Shown in pieces: positions 29,441 to 39,338 of a stretch of DNA of 64,000 nt. How positions within the stretch are numbered: position 1 is the stretch's first letter; every line of letters starts with the position of its first letter. Under the pieces are notes generated by a model, which worked only from the letters and a program-made list of their open reading frames with translations, was not told the DNA's origin and ran no database searches. Made by a program: the position numbers and the translations under genes. The stretch is from Thermoflexus hugenholtzii JAD2 (GTDB taxonomy: Bacteria; Chloroflexota; UBA11872; UBA12225): contig CAMBEO010000003.1 in NCBI GenBank assembly GCA_945865725.1, positions 5,111-69,110 of the forward strand, written 5' to 3'.

Positions 29441-30409
29441 CTACCTCATCAGGCCGCGAACGGCCTGCACGACCTGCGCGGCGGAGGGGATCGACAACTC
29501 CTCCAGGGTGCGATTGAACGGGGTCGGCACGTTCGGGTTCGCCACCCGAATCGGCGGCGCGTCGAGGTAGTCGAACGCGTGTTGGACGATCTGCGCGACA
29601 AGTTCCGCGCCAAACCCGACGCGTTCGTGTGCCTCGTGCACGATCACCACCCGATGCGTCTTGCGGACCGACTTGACGATCGAATCAAGGTCAAGGGGCA
29701 CGATCGTGCGCGGGTCGATCACCTCGGCCTCGATGCCGATCTCCGCCAGCTCGTCGGCCGCCTCGAGCGCGATCTCGTTCATCCGCTGCAAGGCGACGAT
29801 CGTCACGTCCGTCCCGGCCCGCCGTATCGCCGCCTGGCCGAACGGGATGGTGTAGTCCGTCGACGGCACCTCGCCACGGGTCGTCGCGTACTGCACCTTG
29901 TTTTCGATGAAGATCACCGGGTTGTCGTCCCGGATCGACGTCTTGAGCAGTCCCTTCGCGTCGTAGGGCGTCGTCGGCATGACGATCTTGAGGCCGGGCA
30001 CGTGCGCGAACCACGCCTCCAGCGACTGCGTGTGCTGTGCCGCGTTCGCCCGGCCGGCGCCCGCCATCGTCCGGTAGACGATCGGGAGGACCGCCTTGCC
30101 GCCGAACATGTACTTCGACTTCGCCGCCTGGTTCACGACCTGGTCCATGGCGCACATCATGAACGTCATGTACATGAACTCGGCGACCGGCCGGAGGCCG
30201 ACGGAGGCCGCGCCAAGGACGGCGCCCGCGATCGCCGCCTCGGAGATCGGGGTACCAATGACCCGCTTGTGGCCATAGGTATCCCACAAGCCCTTGGTAA
30301 TGCCGTACGTGCTGTCCTTGATGTCCTCGCCGATGAGGAAGACACGCTCGTCCCGCGCCATTTCCTCGTGAAGGGCCATGTTCAGGGCCTGCGACATCGT
30401 CACGACTGC
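29441..30409 (-). CDS. pdhB: Pyruvate/2-oxoacid dehydrogenase E1 component, beta subunit
   Basis: Transketolase-like pyrimidine and C-terminal domains. GTG start with AGGAG 7 nt upstream. Confidence 0.9.
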   Translation of the reverse strand, partial: AVVTMSQALNMALHEEMARDERVFLIGEDIKDSTYGITKGLWDTYGHKRVIGTPISEAAIAGAVLGAASVGLRPVAEFMYMTFMMCAMDQVVNQAAKSKYMFGGKAVLPIVYRTMAGAGRANAAQHTQSLEAWFAHVPGLKIVMPTTPYDAKGLLKTSIRDDNPVIFIENKVQYATTRGEVPSTDYTIPFGQAAIRRAGTDVTIVALQRMNEIALEAADELAEIGIEAEVIDPRTIVPLDLDSIVKSVRKTHRVVIVHEAHERVGFGAELVAQIVQHAFDYLDAPPIRVANPNVPTPFNRTLEELSIPSAAQVVQAVRGLMR

Positions 30410-30513
30410 CACGTGGAAGCTCCTTGGGTCCGGCGCACCGGCGGCAAGCCGCGCCGGGGGATGCATATGGCGACGCGAGCCGACGGCACGCGCGACCGCC
30501 TGGGTCCGGCCGA

Positions 30514-31578
30514 CTAGCTGGCTCGTCCGTGCTCGTCGGCACCAGTGAAGATGTCGGTGAGCAGGACGCTTGCAGGCGGCTCCGGGCTGCTCTCGCCGAA
30601 CTCGATTGCCCGTTCCATCTCGTCGTCGATCTGCACGTGGATCGCCTGCAGGTCCTCCGCCGTCGCGACGCCAAGTTCCTGCAACTGCGCGCCGAACAAT
30701 TTCAGGGGGTCACGCGTCGCACGCGCGGCCGCCACCTCGGCTCGGGTCCGGTACGGCTCCGGGTCACCCAGGAAGTGGCCCTCGAAGCGATAGGTCTTCG
30801 CCTCGATCAGGGTCGGCCCGTCGCCCGCGCGCGCCCGGCGGACCGCCTCCTTGACTGCGCCGTACACGTCGAGCACGTCCTCGCCCTGCACGATCACGCC
30901 GGGGATGCCGTAGGAGATTGCCCGCGTCGCCACATGCTCGATCGGCAGGTCCTGCTTCACCGACTGGAACTGCGCGTACCCGTTGTTCTCGCAGATGAAG
31001 ACGACCGGGAGCTTGAGGCCGGCCGCAAAGTTGATGCCCTCGTGGAACGCGCCTTGGTTGGCCGCCCCGTCACCGAAGAAGCAGAGGGCCACGTTCGGCC
31101 GCTCTTGGATCCAAAATCCGAGCGCCGCCCCCGTGCTGATCGGGATGCCAGCGCCGACGATCCCGTTCGCACCGAGCATGCCGTGGTCCAGGCTGGCGAT
31201 GTGCATCGACCCGCCCTTGCCGTGGTTGTACCCCGTGACCTTCCCCATCAGCTCGGCCATCATCGGGCCGGTCTCCAACCCCATCGCGATGCAGTGGCCG
31301 TGGCCGCGATGGGTCGAACTGATGACGTCGCCGTCGCCGATCGCCTTGCACGCCGCGGTCGCGACTGCCTCCTCGCCGATGTAGAGGTGCACGCTGCCGT
31401 ACAGGCGCGCCTCCAGGAACAGGTCCTTCACCCGCTCCTCGAACCGACGGATCCGGAGCATCGTCCGGTACACGTCGATCAGGTCGCGATCAGTGAGGTC
31501 ATGGCGGTCGAGTGCCCCAGGCGCCGTGCCGAGGGACGGGGCGATTGCGGGTTCGATTGGCGAGACGATGGTGGCCAT
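30514..31578 (-). CDS. pdhA: Pyruvate/2-oxoacid dehydrogenase E1 component, alpha subunit
   Basis: Thiamine-diphosphate motif GDGAANQG...ENNGYA. ATG at 31578 sits directly after TATAGT with no SD, suggesting a leaderless transcript. Upstream 78 codons of the long ORF are junk. Confidence 0.9.
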   Translation of the reverse strand: MATIVSPIEPAIAPSLGTAPGALDRHDLTDRDLIDVYRTMLRIRRFEERVKDLFLEARLYGSVHLYIGEEAVATAACKAIGDGDVISSTHRGHGHCIAMGLETGPMMAELMGKVTGYNHGKGGSMHIASLDHGMLGANGIVGAGIPISTGAALGFWIQERPNVALCFFGDGAANQGAFHEGINFAAGLKLPVVFICENNGYAQFQSVKQDLPIEHVATRAISYGIPGVIVQGEDVLDVYGAVKEAVRRARAGDGPTLIEAKTYRFEGHFLGDPEPYRTRAEVAAARATRDPLKLFGAQLQELGVATAEDLQAIHVQIDDEMERAIEFGESSPEPPASVLLTDIFTGADEHGRAS

Positions 31579-31609
31579 GCGCGTACTATAGGCATCGGCC
31601 CCGGGAGCG

Positions 31610-32116
31610 TCAAAGTCGCTCGCCCGAAGGGGCCTGCGGATCCGTCGCACAGAGCCGCAGTGCAGCCTCCGCCCACGAGGCCACCTCCGGGGTGAGCCCC
31701 AAGTCCGACCACTCGCTCGGCCCGAACCATCCGGGGCGACCCCCACCCTCCACGTCTCGCGGCGACGCGTCGGCACCGGGCGCGACCCGTGCCGCGTACA
31801 CGAAATCGACATGCTGGTGGGCCGGGTTCCCCGGGCGCCCGGGAATGTCCTCGAGTTGGATCCCGATCGGCCCGGGCAACCGCGGGGGCACTCCCCCTGG
31901 CCGGGGCACGTCGCGGTAGAGCGCCGTCACCGCGTCAACGATGACTACCTGGACGCCCGTCTCCTCGAGCGTCTCCCGGACGGCCGCCGCGTCCGGGAGC
32001 TCGTCCGCGTCAACATGGCCTCCGGGCGGAAGCCAGCGTCCGAGCTTCTGGTGGAAGTGCAGGAGTACGGCACCCTCATGCGCGACCAGGACCGCAACGG
32101 CGTACTCGCGTCGCAA
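31610..32116 (-). CDS. NUDIX hydrolase
   Basis: Nudix box GGHVDADELPDAAAVRETLEETGV. Confidence 0.8.
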   Translation of the reverse strand: MRREYAVAVLVAHEGAVLLHFHQKLGRWLPPGGHVDADELPDAAAVRETLEETGVQVVIVDAVTALYRDVPRPGGVPPRLPGPIGIQLEDIPGRPGNPAHQHVDFVYAARVAPGADASPRDVEGGGRPGWFGPSEWSDLGLTPEVASWAEAALRLCATDPQAPSGERL

Positions 32117-32143
32117 GGAACTACCTCCGGTGACGCCGCCGAG

Positions 32144-32608
32144 CTACTCGCGCGACCCCAAGCGGAACACGAGCGCCAGACAGATGCCAGTCATCACCAG
32201 CGTCGAGATGGCAGTGAGCACCGCCGCCCCGATCCACCCGCCGCCAAGCCCGAGCCACAGGATGATGACATGCGTCGCCATGCTGAATGCGCCGGCTCCG
32301 GAGGCCAACGCCCACGGCACGACACCCTTCCGCCGCGCGACCGCCCATCGCCGTCCGATCGTGAGCGGGCCAAGCGCCTCACCGAGAAGCTCCGGCATCC
32401 GTCGGCGAAGCGCCTCGAGCCCTCGCATGTCCTGGGACGACAACCCCGGGCCGCGTGCCACGCCGAAGTACCGTGCGGCGAGCGACGCGCGCCGTTCCCA
32501 CGCGGGCAGGACCCGTACCGCCCGGCGCGCCGGCACCATGCGGACGGCCACGACGAGGGTCGCGAGAAATGCGACGGTGACGATGCCGCCCGCTAGCGCA
32601 CTGTCCAT
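32144..32608 (-). CDS. Hypothetical membrane protein
   Basis: Three hydrophobic helices; no motif. Confidence 0.35.
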   Translation of the reverse strand: MDSALAGGIVTVAFLATLVVAVRMVPARRAVRVLPAWERRASLAARYFGVARGPGLSSQDMRGLEALRRRMPELLGEALGPLTIGRRWAVARRKGVVPWALASGAGAFSMATHVIILWLGLGGGWIGAAVLTAISTLVMTGICLALVFRLGSRE

Positions 32609-32624
32609 CAGTCGTTGTGCTTCC

Positions 32625-32835
32625 CCCTACCGTTGGTCCGCGGGCATCCTTGCCCGCCCGGGGGAGGGGTAGTGGTGCTTCCCTCTCCCGCCGCAGCGGG
32701 GGAGGGACTGAGGGTGGGGGTAAGGGTGGTGGTGACGGAGGGGAGGGGCAGTCCTTCCCTCTCTCGTTGGTCCGCGGGCATCCTTGCCCGCCCGGGGGTG
32801 AGGGGAGGGGCAGTCCTTCGCTCGACGACACGAAC
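32625..32835 (+). repeat. Mosaic repeat cluster (modules B-A-F-B)
   Basis: TTGGTCCGCGGGCATCCTTGCCCGCC twice, module A once and GGTGGTGACGGAGGGG once. Lies between a divergent membrane-protein gene and mgtC. Confidence 0.9.
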
Positions 32836-32898
32836 TCTAGCAGTGACCGAGTCGCGTACGATCGCAAGGCGCGATGCCTTCCATCGCCGGACAGACTT

Positions 32899-33387
32899 AT
32901 GATCGAGTTCCTGCCGTCATGGCTTCTCCTTGAGATCGAGCTCGCCTTTCGACTGGCGTGCGCATGCGCCCTCGCCTACGTCATCGGGTGGGATCGCGAG
33001 GCACATCGCCGCCCTGCCGGGTTGCGAACCCACTTGCTCGTCGCGCTCGGTGCCTGCGCCTTCACGGTCGCCGGGATCATCCTTGGCGGCACGACCCTTG
33101 ACCGGGCCAGGCTCGCGGCGCAGGTCGTGACGGGCATCGGCTTCCTCGGGGCAGGCGTGATCTGGAAGTCGCCCGAGGAGCGGTTCGTCCACGGCCTGAC
33201 CACGGCAGCTAGCCTTTGGCTCGTCGCCGCGATCGGCGTACTCGTCGGCGTCGGTTCCTACGTCATCGCCGCCCTCGCCGCGGCCCTCGGGTTCGGCATC
33301 CTGCGCTTGCGTCGCCCTCCAGGTGAAACGGCCGACCAATCGCTCGCCGACCGCATGCCCGTGGACTCGTTCGGACACGACGAATGA
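32899..33387 (+). CDS. MgtC/SapB family membrane protein
   Basis: Four TM helices with the MgtC-type conserved core (…LVALGACAFTV…GIGFLGAGVI…). Confidence 0.7.
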   Translation: MIEFLPSWLLLEIELAFRLACACALAYVIGWDREAHRRPAGLRTHLLVALGACAFTVAGIILGGTTLDRARLAAQVVTGIGFLGAGVIWKSPEERFVHGLTTAASLWLVAAIGVLVGVGSYVIAALAAALGFGILRLRRPPGETADQSLADRMPVDSFGHDE

Positions 33388-34394
33388 ATACGACTACGCG
33401 CGGACGCCAGCCGGGTTCCACGGTCGATCGGCCGAACGCTCGCGATCCAGGTCACGCCAGTCGCCCGGCGCCCGTCGAGATCGACCTGCACGTCCACTCC
33501 GTCGCGTCGGCGTGCGGGTACCTCAGTCCCGAGGAGCTCGTCGCGATCACCCGCGCCGCCGGGCGCCAGGTCCTCGCCGTCTCCGACCATGACACCGCCG
33601 CCGGTGGCCTTGCCGTGCGCGACATCGTCGCCCGTACCGGGGACGACATCCTCGTCCTCGTCGGGATGGAGCTTTCCACCAGCGACGCAGGCCACGTGCT
33701 CGTCTATGGGGATGGCGTCGAGGGCGACTGGGGGTGGCGGCGAGGAAGCCCGATGCCACGCCACCTCCCGGACGGGTGGGTGGCGATCAAGGCGCACCCG
33801 TTCCGTGACGTCGTGAAGGTTGCGCCCCCCGGACCCATTCCCGACCGGTTGCCAGACCTCCCCGGGTCGATTGACGCGGTCGAGCAATGGAATGGGAACG
33901 ACTTGCTCGTCAAGGCCCCGCACCGCCGCGCGGACCTCGACGTCGCGTCGCGGAACTACGTCGCGCGCCAAGGCAAGGTCGCCATCGCGGCCTCGGACGC
34001 CCACCGCGCGTCGAGCCTCCATGCCTACCACGCGGTCTTCGCTCGACCGGTCGCTTCGGTCGCGGACGCCGTCGATCAGGTCCGCGGCGGTGAGGTCCGA
34101 CCGGGTTCGCTACCGGAGCCGGAGCTCGAGGCTCGCCGAGGTGCGTGGCGCCGCCGTCGCGTCGTGGGTTGGTACGTGGAGGGCCGCGACTGGCGCGCTG
34201 ACGCGCGGGACGCCCAGCTCGACGAGTGCGAGGCCGAGGAGGTGGTCGCCTGTTTCAAGGGGGTTCGCCGCCTCGCGCGCTCCGGCGCAACGGTGGCCGA
34301 CGTCGTTCGGGACGCAGGCCTCGACGCCATCGCCGCGATCGATTTCCTCGCGATCGTGCGTGAGGAGGCCCTGCAACCACCTCGGGTGCGCTGA
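33384..34394 (+). CDS. PHP-domain phosphoesterase
   Basis: HVHS...SDHD metal-binding motifs typical of PHP domains. ATGA overlap with mgtC. Confidence 0.65.
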   Translation: MNTTTRGRQPGSTVDRPNARDPGHASRPAPVEIDLHVHSVASACGYLSPEELVAITRAAGRQVLAVSDHDTAAGGLAVRDIVARTGDDILVLVGMELSTSDAGHVLVYGDGVEGDWGWRRGSPMPRHLPDGWVAIKAHPFRDVVKVAPPGPIPDRLPDLPGSIDAVEQWNGNDLLVKAPHRRADLDVASRNYVARQGKVAIAASDAHRASSLHAYHAVFARPVASVADAVDQVRGGEVRPGSLPEPELEARRGAWRRRRVVGWYVEGRDWRADARDAQLDECEAEEVVACFKGVRRLARSGATVADVVRDAGLDAIAAIDFLAIVREEALQPPRVR

Positions 34395-34443
34395 CCGCGC
34401 CGCGCGCACCGACGTCCTGATCGGGGGCCGTGCACCCCGGCCG

Positions 34444-35280
34444 CTAGCGGAGGCCCAGCTCCCTCTCGAGCGAGACGAACAGGGTGCGCATCGCGACGAT
34501 GCAACTCGGGATGTCGCGTGCCACGCCCACAGGGCCGTCAACGGGCCGCAGGTCGACGTACTCGATCGCGAACTTGCCGTAGTAGCCGACGTCGTGCAGG
34601 CGCGACGCGACTTGGCCGAAGTCGATGTCGCCGTATCCCGGAGCCATCTGGAGGGACAACGGCAGCAATCGCGCGTCACGCAAGGTCACGTGCCTGACAT
34701 GCGGGAGCACTTGCCAGAAGGGCTCCCCCTCGTTCGCGCCAACCACATAGTGGCTCGCCTCAAGGGTGAGGCCCAGGTCAGGCACCGACTCGCACAAGCG
34801 CACCGCGTCATCCGGCATCTCGCCAATGAGGCCCCGGTGGGTCTTCATGCAGGTGACGAGGCCGCGTTCCGCGTGCAACGCCCGGATCGCCTTGAGCCGA
34901 TCCACCGCCGCGTCGAACGGCGTGCCGGTCATCGACCCCAGGACGGTGACCAGGGGCACTCCGAGGGCGGCGGCGAGGTCGGCGACGGCTGCCTGGCGCC
35001 GGAGTTCCTCCGCGAGCGGGGTCCCTGCATCACCAGCACCGGTGTACATCGTGGAGACCTGCCGCACCCCGTGCTCGGCCATGAGGTCGCGAACGCGTGC
35101 CGCGGTGGCCGCGACCTCCGCCGCCCCTCCATCGGCCAGCACCTTTGGCCTGATGCCCCCGTAGGCCTGGAACACTGCGAGTTCGGCCTGGGACATCTCA
35201 AGCGCCCCGATGCCAGCAAAGGCAGCGTCCAGCGACTTGCCACCCCACCCCAGTGTTGAAACGGTCACGTGGTTCGGCAT
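34444..35280 (-). CDS. Sugar phosphate isomerase/epimerase (xylose isomerase-like TIM barrel)
   Basis: AP-endonuclease-2 / xylose-isomerase-like TIM-barrel pattern. ATG at 35280. Confidence 0.75.
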   Translation of the reverse strand: MPNHVTVSTLGWGGKSLDAAFAGIGALEMSQAELAVFQAYGGIRPKVLADGGAAEVAATAARVRDLMAEHGVRQVSTMYTGAGDAGTPLAEELRRQAAVADLAAALGVPLVTVLGSMTGTPFDAAVDRLKAIRALHAERGLVTCMKTHRGLIGEMPDDAVRLCESVPDLGLTLEASHYVVGANEGEPFWQVLPHVRHVTLRDARLLPLSLQMAPGYGDIDFGQVASRLHDVGYYGKFAIEYVDLRPVDGPVGVARDIPSCIVAMRTLFVSLERELGLR

Positions 35281-35491
35281 CAGTCCCCAACTAGTCTCAG
35301 GTTGCAATCTGGCGGCCGACATGCCGCGCAGATGGATGCTACCGTGTCACACATGGTCGTGCAGCGCACCGTGCGAGCCGACCCGTCAACTATCGCCCAT
35401 CGCGTTTCGCGGCTCGCCACCGGTTGCCGATCAGAACCGGTACACATGAGGCGCGCCAACAAAGGTCGGCCGCACGCGTCGGAGCCTCACC

Positions 35492-35776
35492 ATGCCAGAT
35501 GACCTGCCCAAGCCCGCGACCGAGGTGGTCGTCATTCAGCCGTGGCAGCTCCTCCCGTTCCTCGACACCTTGCGCAGCCACGGTCACGCGACAGTCGGAT
35601 GGGGCCGCGAGACGATTGACGTCGCCGAGGCGATCGAACGGGCACGAGGCCTCTCGCCGACCGCGACGGTCGTCGTCGACGGCACCACGATCTACGCGGG
35701 TGAACCTGATCACTCCGCTGACGACCCGGCCCTTCACCGCGGTCCGGTCGCGTTCGTCAAGCGCCGTCCGCAGTAG
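35492..35776 (+). CDS. Hypothetical protein
   Basis: 94-aa ORF; nothing recognisable. Confidence 0.3.
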   Translation: MPDDLPKPATEVVVIQPWQLLPFLDTLRSHGHATVGWGRETIDVAEAIERARGLSPTATVVVDGTTIYAGEPDHSADDPALHRGPVAFVKRRPQ

Positions 35777-35826
35777 GATCGTCCGGCTTCCGGGCTGGTG
35801 TTGCCCGGCGCGGAAGGAGGCATTGC

Positions 35827-36193
35827 GATGAAGGTGTACGGCCGGATGGTCGACTTGCGCGACGACCCGGAACGAGTGGAGGCGTACGTCCGCTACCACG
35901 CCGAGGTCTGGCCCGAGGTCCTTGAGGGCTTGCGCCAGGACGGCGTGACCGACATGAAGATCTTCCTGCGCGGGCGCCGCATGTTCATGTACATGACGGC
36001 GACGGATGACTACGTGCCGGGGGGTCGCCCGGGCGCGCCGGCGCATCATCCGCGCGTCTTCGAGTGGGACCGCCTCATGCGCACGCTGCAGACGCCGTCC
36101 CCTGAGGCGACGGCGGACGAGTGGTGGGCCGACATGGAACTCGTCTTCGACCTGCACTGGCCGCAGCACCTGCCCGACCTTGCCGGTCACTGA
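35827..36193 (+). CDS. L-rhamnose mutarotase family protein
   Basis: GAAGGAGG RBS 7 nt upstream. RhaM-like fold length with conserved YHAEVWPEV...MKIF segments. Confidence 0.7.
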
Positions 36194-36194
36194 C

Positions 36195-36250
36195 GGCGAC
36201 GCCGCCGTGGGGCAACCCCTTTTTTTTGGGGGAACCCCACGGGCTACGGG
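36195..36250. terminator. Bidirectional rho-independent terminator between convergent genes
   Basis: Palindrome CCGTGGGGCAACCCC-TTTTTTTT-GGGGGAACCCCACGG. An 8-T tract is rare in this GC-rich sequence. Confidence 0.6.
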
Positions 36251-36265
36251 CGTCAGCCGCGCGCG

Positions 36266-36538
36266 TCACGCCTCGGTGGCGGCGAACCCCTTGGAGATGA
36301 GGAAGGCCTCGACTTCGGTGCCCGCGACGTCCGCAAGCATCTCACCGTCAATCTCGACGCACGGCGACAACGGTTGCCCGCTCTTCCGCACCATCTCGCT
36401 GTAGTTGCTGCGATCGTTGATGATGTCGCGATCCTCGTACGGCAACTCGTACTTGCTCAATACCGCGCGCACGCTGTTGCTCCACCCGCAGACGGGCTTC
36501 AGGTACGCGACGATCGTAGGCGTCGAACGTTCGGACAT
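36266..36538 (-). CDS. Glutaredoxin-like protein (CxxS type)
   Basis: Thioredoxin-fold start IVAYLKPVCGWSNSV. GGAGGAGG RBS upstream of the ATG at 36538. Confidence 0.6.
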   Translation of the reverse strand: MSERSTPTIVAYLKPVCGWSNSVRAVLSKYELPYEDRDIINDRSNYSEMVRKSGQPLSPCVEIDGEMLADVAGTEVEAFLISKGFAATEA

Positions 36539-36659
36539 GGCTTGCCTCCTCCGGGTCGCGCCCGCGACCACCAAGGCCAACGGCGCGAGCGATGACACAG
36601 TGTAGCCGGGCAGGTGCGCCCCCCCCGATGTCGCCCATTGGTGGGAGCCTTGCCGGGAT

Positions 36660-36800
36660 CGCCGGCGCACCTCGCTCCCCTCTCCCGCCGGCGTGGGAGT
36701 TTTCAGCAGGGGGCGGTGCTTCCCTCTCCCGCCGCAGCGGGGGAGGGATCGCGTACGCGGATAACGATGGTGGGGGTCGTATTGGGGCAGGGGGTGGGGG
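36660..36800 (+). repeat. Mosaic repeat cluster (modules C-A-D)
   Basis: Module C, a truncated module A, then module D (CGCGTACGCGGATAACGATGGTGGGGG). Confidence 0.85.
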
Positions 36801-36845
36801 CCTCGCCGATCACGACTGGCCCGGCGCGCCCTCTCCCGACCAGTG

Positions 36846-37581
36846 CCGCGTCGGCGACATCGTGGTGGACGTGATCGGTGATCCAGTCGGCGTCGTCGAT
36901 ACCATCATCCGGCCGGCATCCGGGCCACGGCTGATCATGGTGGTCGCGGAAGCCGAGCGTTCCCGCGCACGGTATGTCGTCTGCCCGGAATCTGATGCCG
37001 TGCCGGCGACTTGTCAACCATTCGGAGGCGCCGCGCGCCGCGCCCTTGCCGTCCCGCGCGAGGCCGTTCTCGCCTCCGGATCCTATCGTCGCGAGATGGG
37101 CCGCCTCGTGCGCGACCAGTCCCAGGTCGACATGTTCCGATGCAGGGCCGGCTCAGGATGGCGCGATGCCGACGCGCGGACACGGGACGAGATCCGCGCC
37201 GACTTTGAGCGAGCGATCCTGACCACCGGTCAGCCGGTCGATATCGAGGTCTGGCACGGCGTCGCCCACCTCCACGGACGGATCGCGACGGATGCCGGCG
37301 TCATCGAGGCGCTCTACATCTCACGCGCCAACGCCGGGACTTGGCACGCCATCTCGTCACTCATCAGCGACGAGGCCCTCGTCGCCCAGATGCGACGGCA
37401 GGTCCGCGCCTCCGCTGTGGCGGCGGCCGTCGCCGCGGTCGGGGTCTCGCGGGGCGTCGCCACCGTCACCCTTGCCCACGGCGCGACGATCAAACCGGCC
37501 ATCCTCGCGGCGTGGCAGGACGCCGTGCCCGGCCTCGTCAAGATCAGGGCGATGCCACCGGGCGGCGCCGCGAGGGAATGA
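36846..37581 (+). CDS. Hypothetical protein, PRC-barrel-like N-terminus with BON-like C-terminal repeats
   Basis: VGDIVVDVIGDPVGVVDTII resembles a PRC barrel. Start is uncertain; the upstream part of the ORF runs through the repeat cluster. Confidence 0.35.
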
Positions 37582-37632
37582 CCGCAGCCCATGGCCAGGG
37601 GGACGACGACGCTCGGTCGCGCGACCCGGTTG

Positions 37633-39114
37633 CTACGCCCCGAGCAACTTGAGCGCCCGGTCGAGGACAGGGTCCTTCCCGGCCGCAAGTTCCTCGCGGG
37701 AGACTTCGACAACCTCGTCCGGCTCGAGACCGACCCGGTTCAGCTCTTCTCCCGCCGGACCAGACAGCTTCCGGGTCGTGACCGACACCGCCGACCCGTC
37801 AGGCAACCCGTACCGCGACCCGATGCCGACGCATCCGGCGGTCCGCGTCCCGACGACCTTGCCGATCCCGTACCGCTTCACGGCGGCACTGAACGCCTCG
37901 GCCGCGGACGCGGTGCTGTCGCTGACGAGGACCACGAGGGGCACCTTCAGGCCCGCGTACGATCCGTCGGGTCCAAGCGCGATCCGGTCGCCCTTCCGAC
38001 TGGTTTCGTACCCGAATGGCCCGTCCTTCAGGAACTTGCTCAGGAACGACAGGAACACGTTCAGGTCGCCCCCCCCGTTCGTGCGCAAGTCCAGGATCAC
38101 GCCTTTCGTCGCTTTCGCCTGCAGCGACCCGATCGCCGCCAATGCCTGGTCTTGGGCGGTAGCCGAGAACCCGTTCACGCGCACGAGCGCCACGCGGTCG
38201 CCTCCGACCAGCCGGGACTCGACGACCTTCTCGCTGATCGCGACCCGGGCGATTGACACGGTCCGGGGCGCCTTCTCGCCAGGGTGCTGGATGGCGACCT
38301 GCACCGACGTCCCTTCCTTGCCCCGGATGCGGGCGGCGATGTCGTCCAGGTCCAGGTCGACCAGCGATGTTCCATCGACGGCCATGAGCGCATCCCCGGG
38401 CTTGATCCCCGCCTTGCCCGCGGACCCGCCGGGGATCAATTCGTACACGATCGCCGGTTCGCCCTTCTTCCGCTTGATGCGTACGCCGATGCCCGCGAAG
38501 CGCAACACGCCTTCCTGGCGCTGGTTCGCCTCCGCGAGTTGCGCGGGAGTCGAGAAGCCGGTGTGGCAGTCACCGATCGCCTTCACCATCGCGCGGATCG
38601 CGGCGTATGCGGCGACGGAATGCGCGGTCGAGGGGCCGGGCGTGGTTCGCGACGCCTCGAGATAGGCCGCCTCAAACGCGTCGATGTCAGCCTGGGGATC
38701 GACACCCCTGATGACGGGCGCCGGGACCGTGGCCCCGCTCGTGGCGGTTTCGAACCCGTTCCACGCCGCGCGCAGGAGCGCTCCGGGATCGAGCGGTTCG
38801 ACGTACTCGTTGGCGAACAGCAGCCACGCGTTCGCGATGAGCTGGACGCCCTGTTCCGCCAGGATCGGCTTCAGGTTCGCGTCGACCGCCGTCGTAGGGG
38901 CGACGCTCGGCGCCGGCACGACCGTGGGACTGCCGGCGACGTCCGACGAAATTCTGGGGGTGAACGCGTCCGCCGGCGTGCAGCCTGCGATGACAGTGGC
39001 GGCAACGCCAATGGCAACGATGGCTCGCGCCACCGTTTCGCGCAAGTGCCAAGGCGTTCGCGCTTCTGGGGCTCGCCTCGTGAACGCGGATAGCCCGTGT
39101 CGGAACGGCATTGC
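37633..39114 (-). CDS. S41 family C-terminal processing peptidase
   Basis: PDZ domain (GIKPGDALMAVDG) and S41 catalytic region (LVVLVSDSTASAAEAFSAAVKRYGIGKVVGTRTAG). N-terminal lipoprotein-like signal. Confidence 0.8.
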   Translation of the reverse strand, partial: AMPFRHGLSAFTRRAPEARTPWHLRETVARAIVAIGVAATVIAGCTPADAFTPRISSDVAGSPTVVPAPSVAPTTAVDANLKPILAEQGVQLIANAWLLFANEYVEPLDPGALLRAAWNGFETATSGATVPAPVIRGVDPQADIDAFEAAYLEASRTTPGPSTAHSVAAYAAIRAMVKAIGDCHTGFSTPAQLAEANQRQEGVLRFAGIGVRIKRKKGEPAIVYELIPGGSAGKAGIKPGDALMAVDGTSLVDLDLDDIAARIRGKEGTSVQVAIQHPGEKAPRTVSIARVAISEKVVESRLVGGDRVALVRVNGFSATAQDQALAAIGSLQAKATKGVILDLRTNGGGDLNVFLSFLSKFLKDGPFGYETSRKGDRIALGPDGSYAGLKVPLVVLVSDSTASAAEAFSAAVKRYGIGKVVGTRTAGCVGIGSRYGLPDGSAVSVTTRKLSGPAGEELNRVGLEPDEVVEVSREELAAGKDPVLDRALKLLGA

Positions 39115-39183
39115 CGGGATCATACCGGCGGGGAAGTCAGTTCCAGCAATGGGGCGACGGCTGTCGCCCCGGCCCATTCGGGA

Positions 39184-39297
39184 CTACCCGCTACGCCGGC
39201 CGCCGGTCGTCGCCTGGCGGGCGGTGCGTTCCTTCAGGCGGGCCTTCTCACGGGTCTTGCGGCGCTTCACTCGGGCCACGCGTCGACGCTTGTTCAT
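39184..39297 (-). CDS. Small, extremely basic 37-aa ORF (MNKRRRVARVKRRKTREKARLKERTARQATTGGRRSG)
   Basis: Hand-translated ATG...TAG ORF below the 60-aa cutoff of the ORF track; intergenic between the S41 peptidase gene and the serine hydrolase gene. Composition is ribosomal-protein-like. No family assigned. Confidence 0.3.
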   Translation of the reverse strand: MNKRRRVARVKRRKTREKARLKERTARQATTGGRRSG

Positions 39298-39338
39298 CGT
39301 CGTGGATTGTACAGTGCGCCCGCCACGTTTCAGGAACG

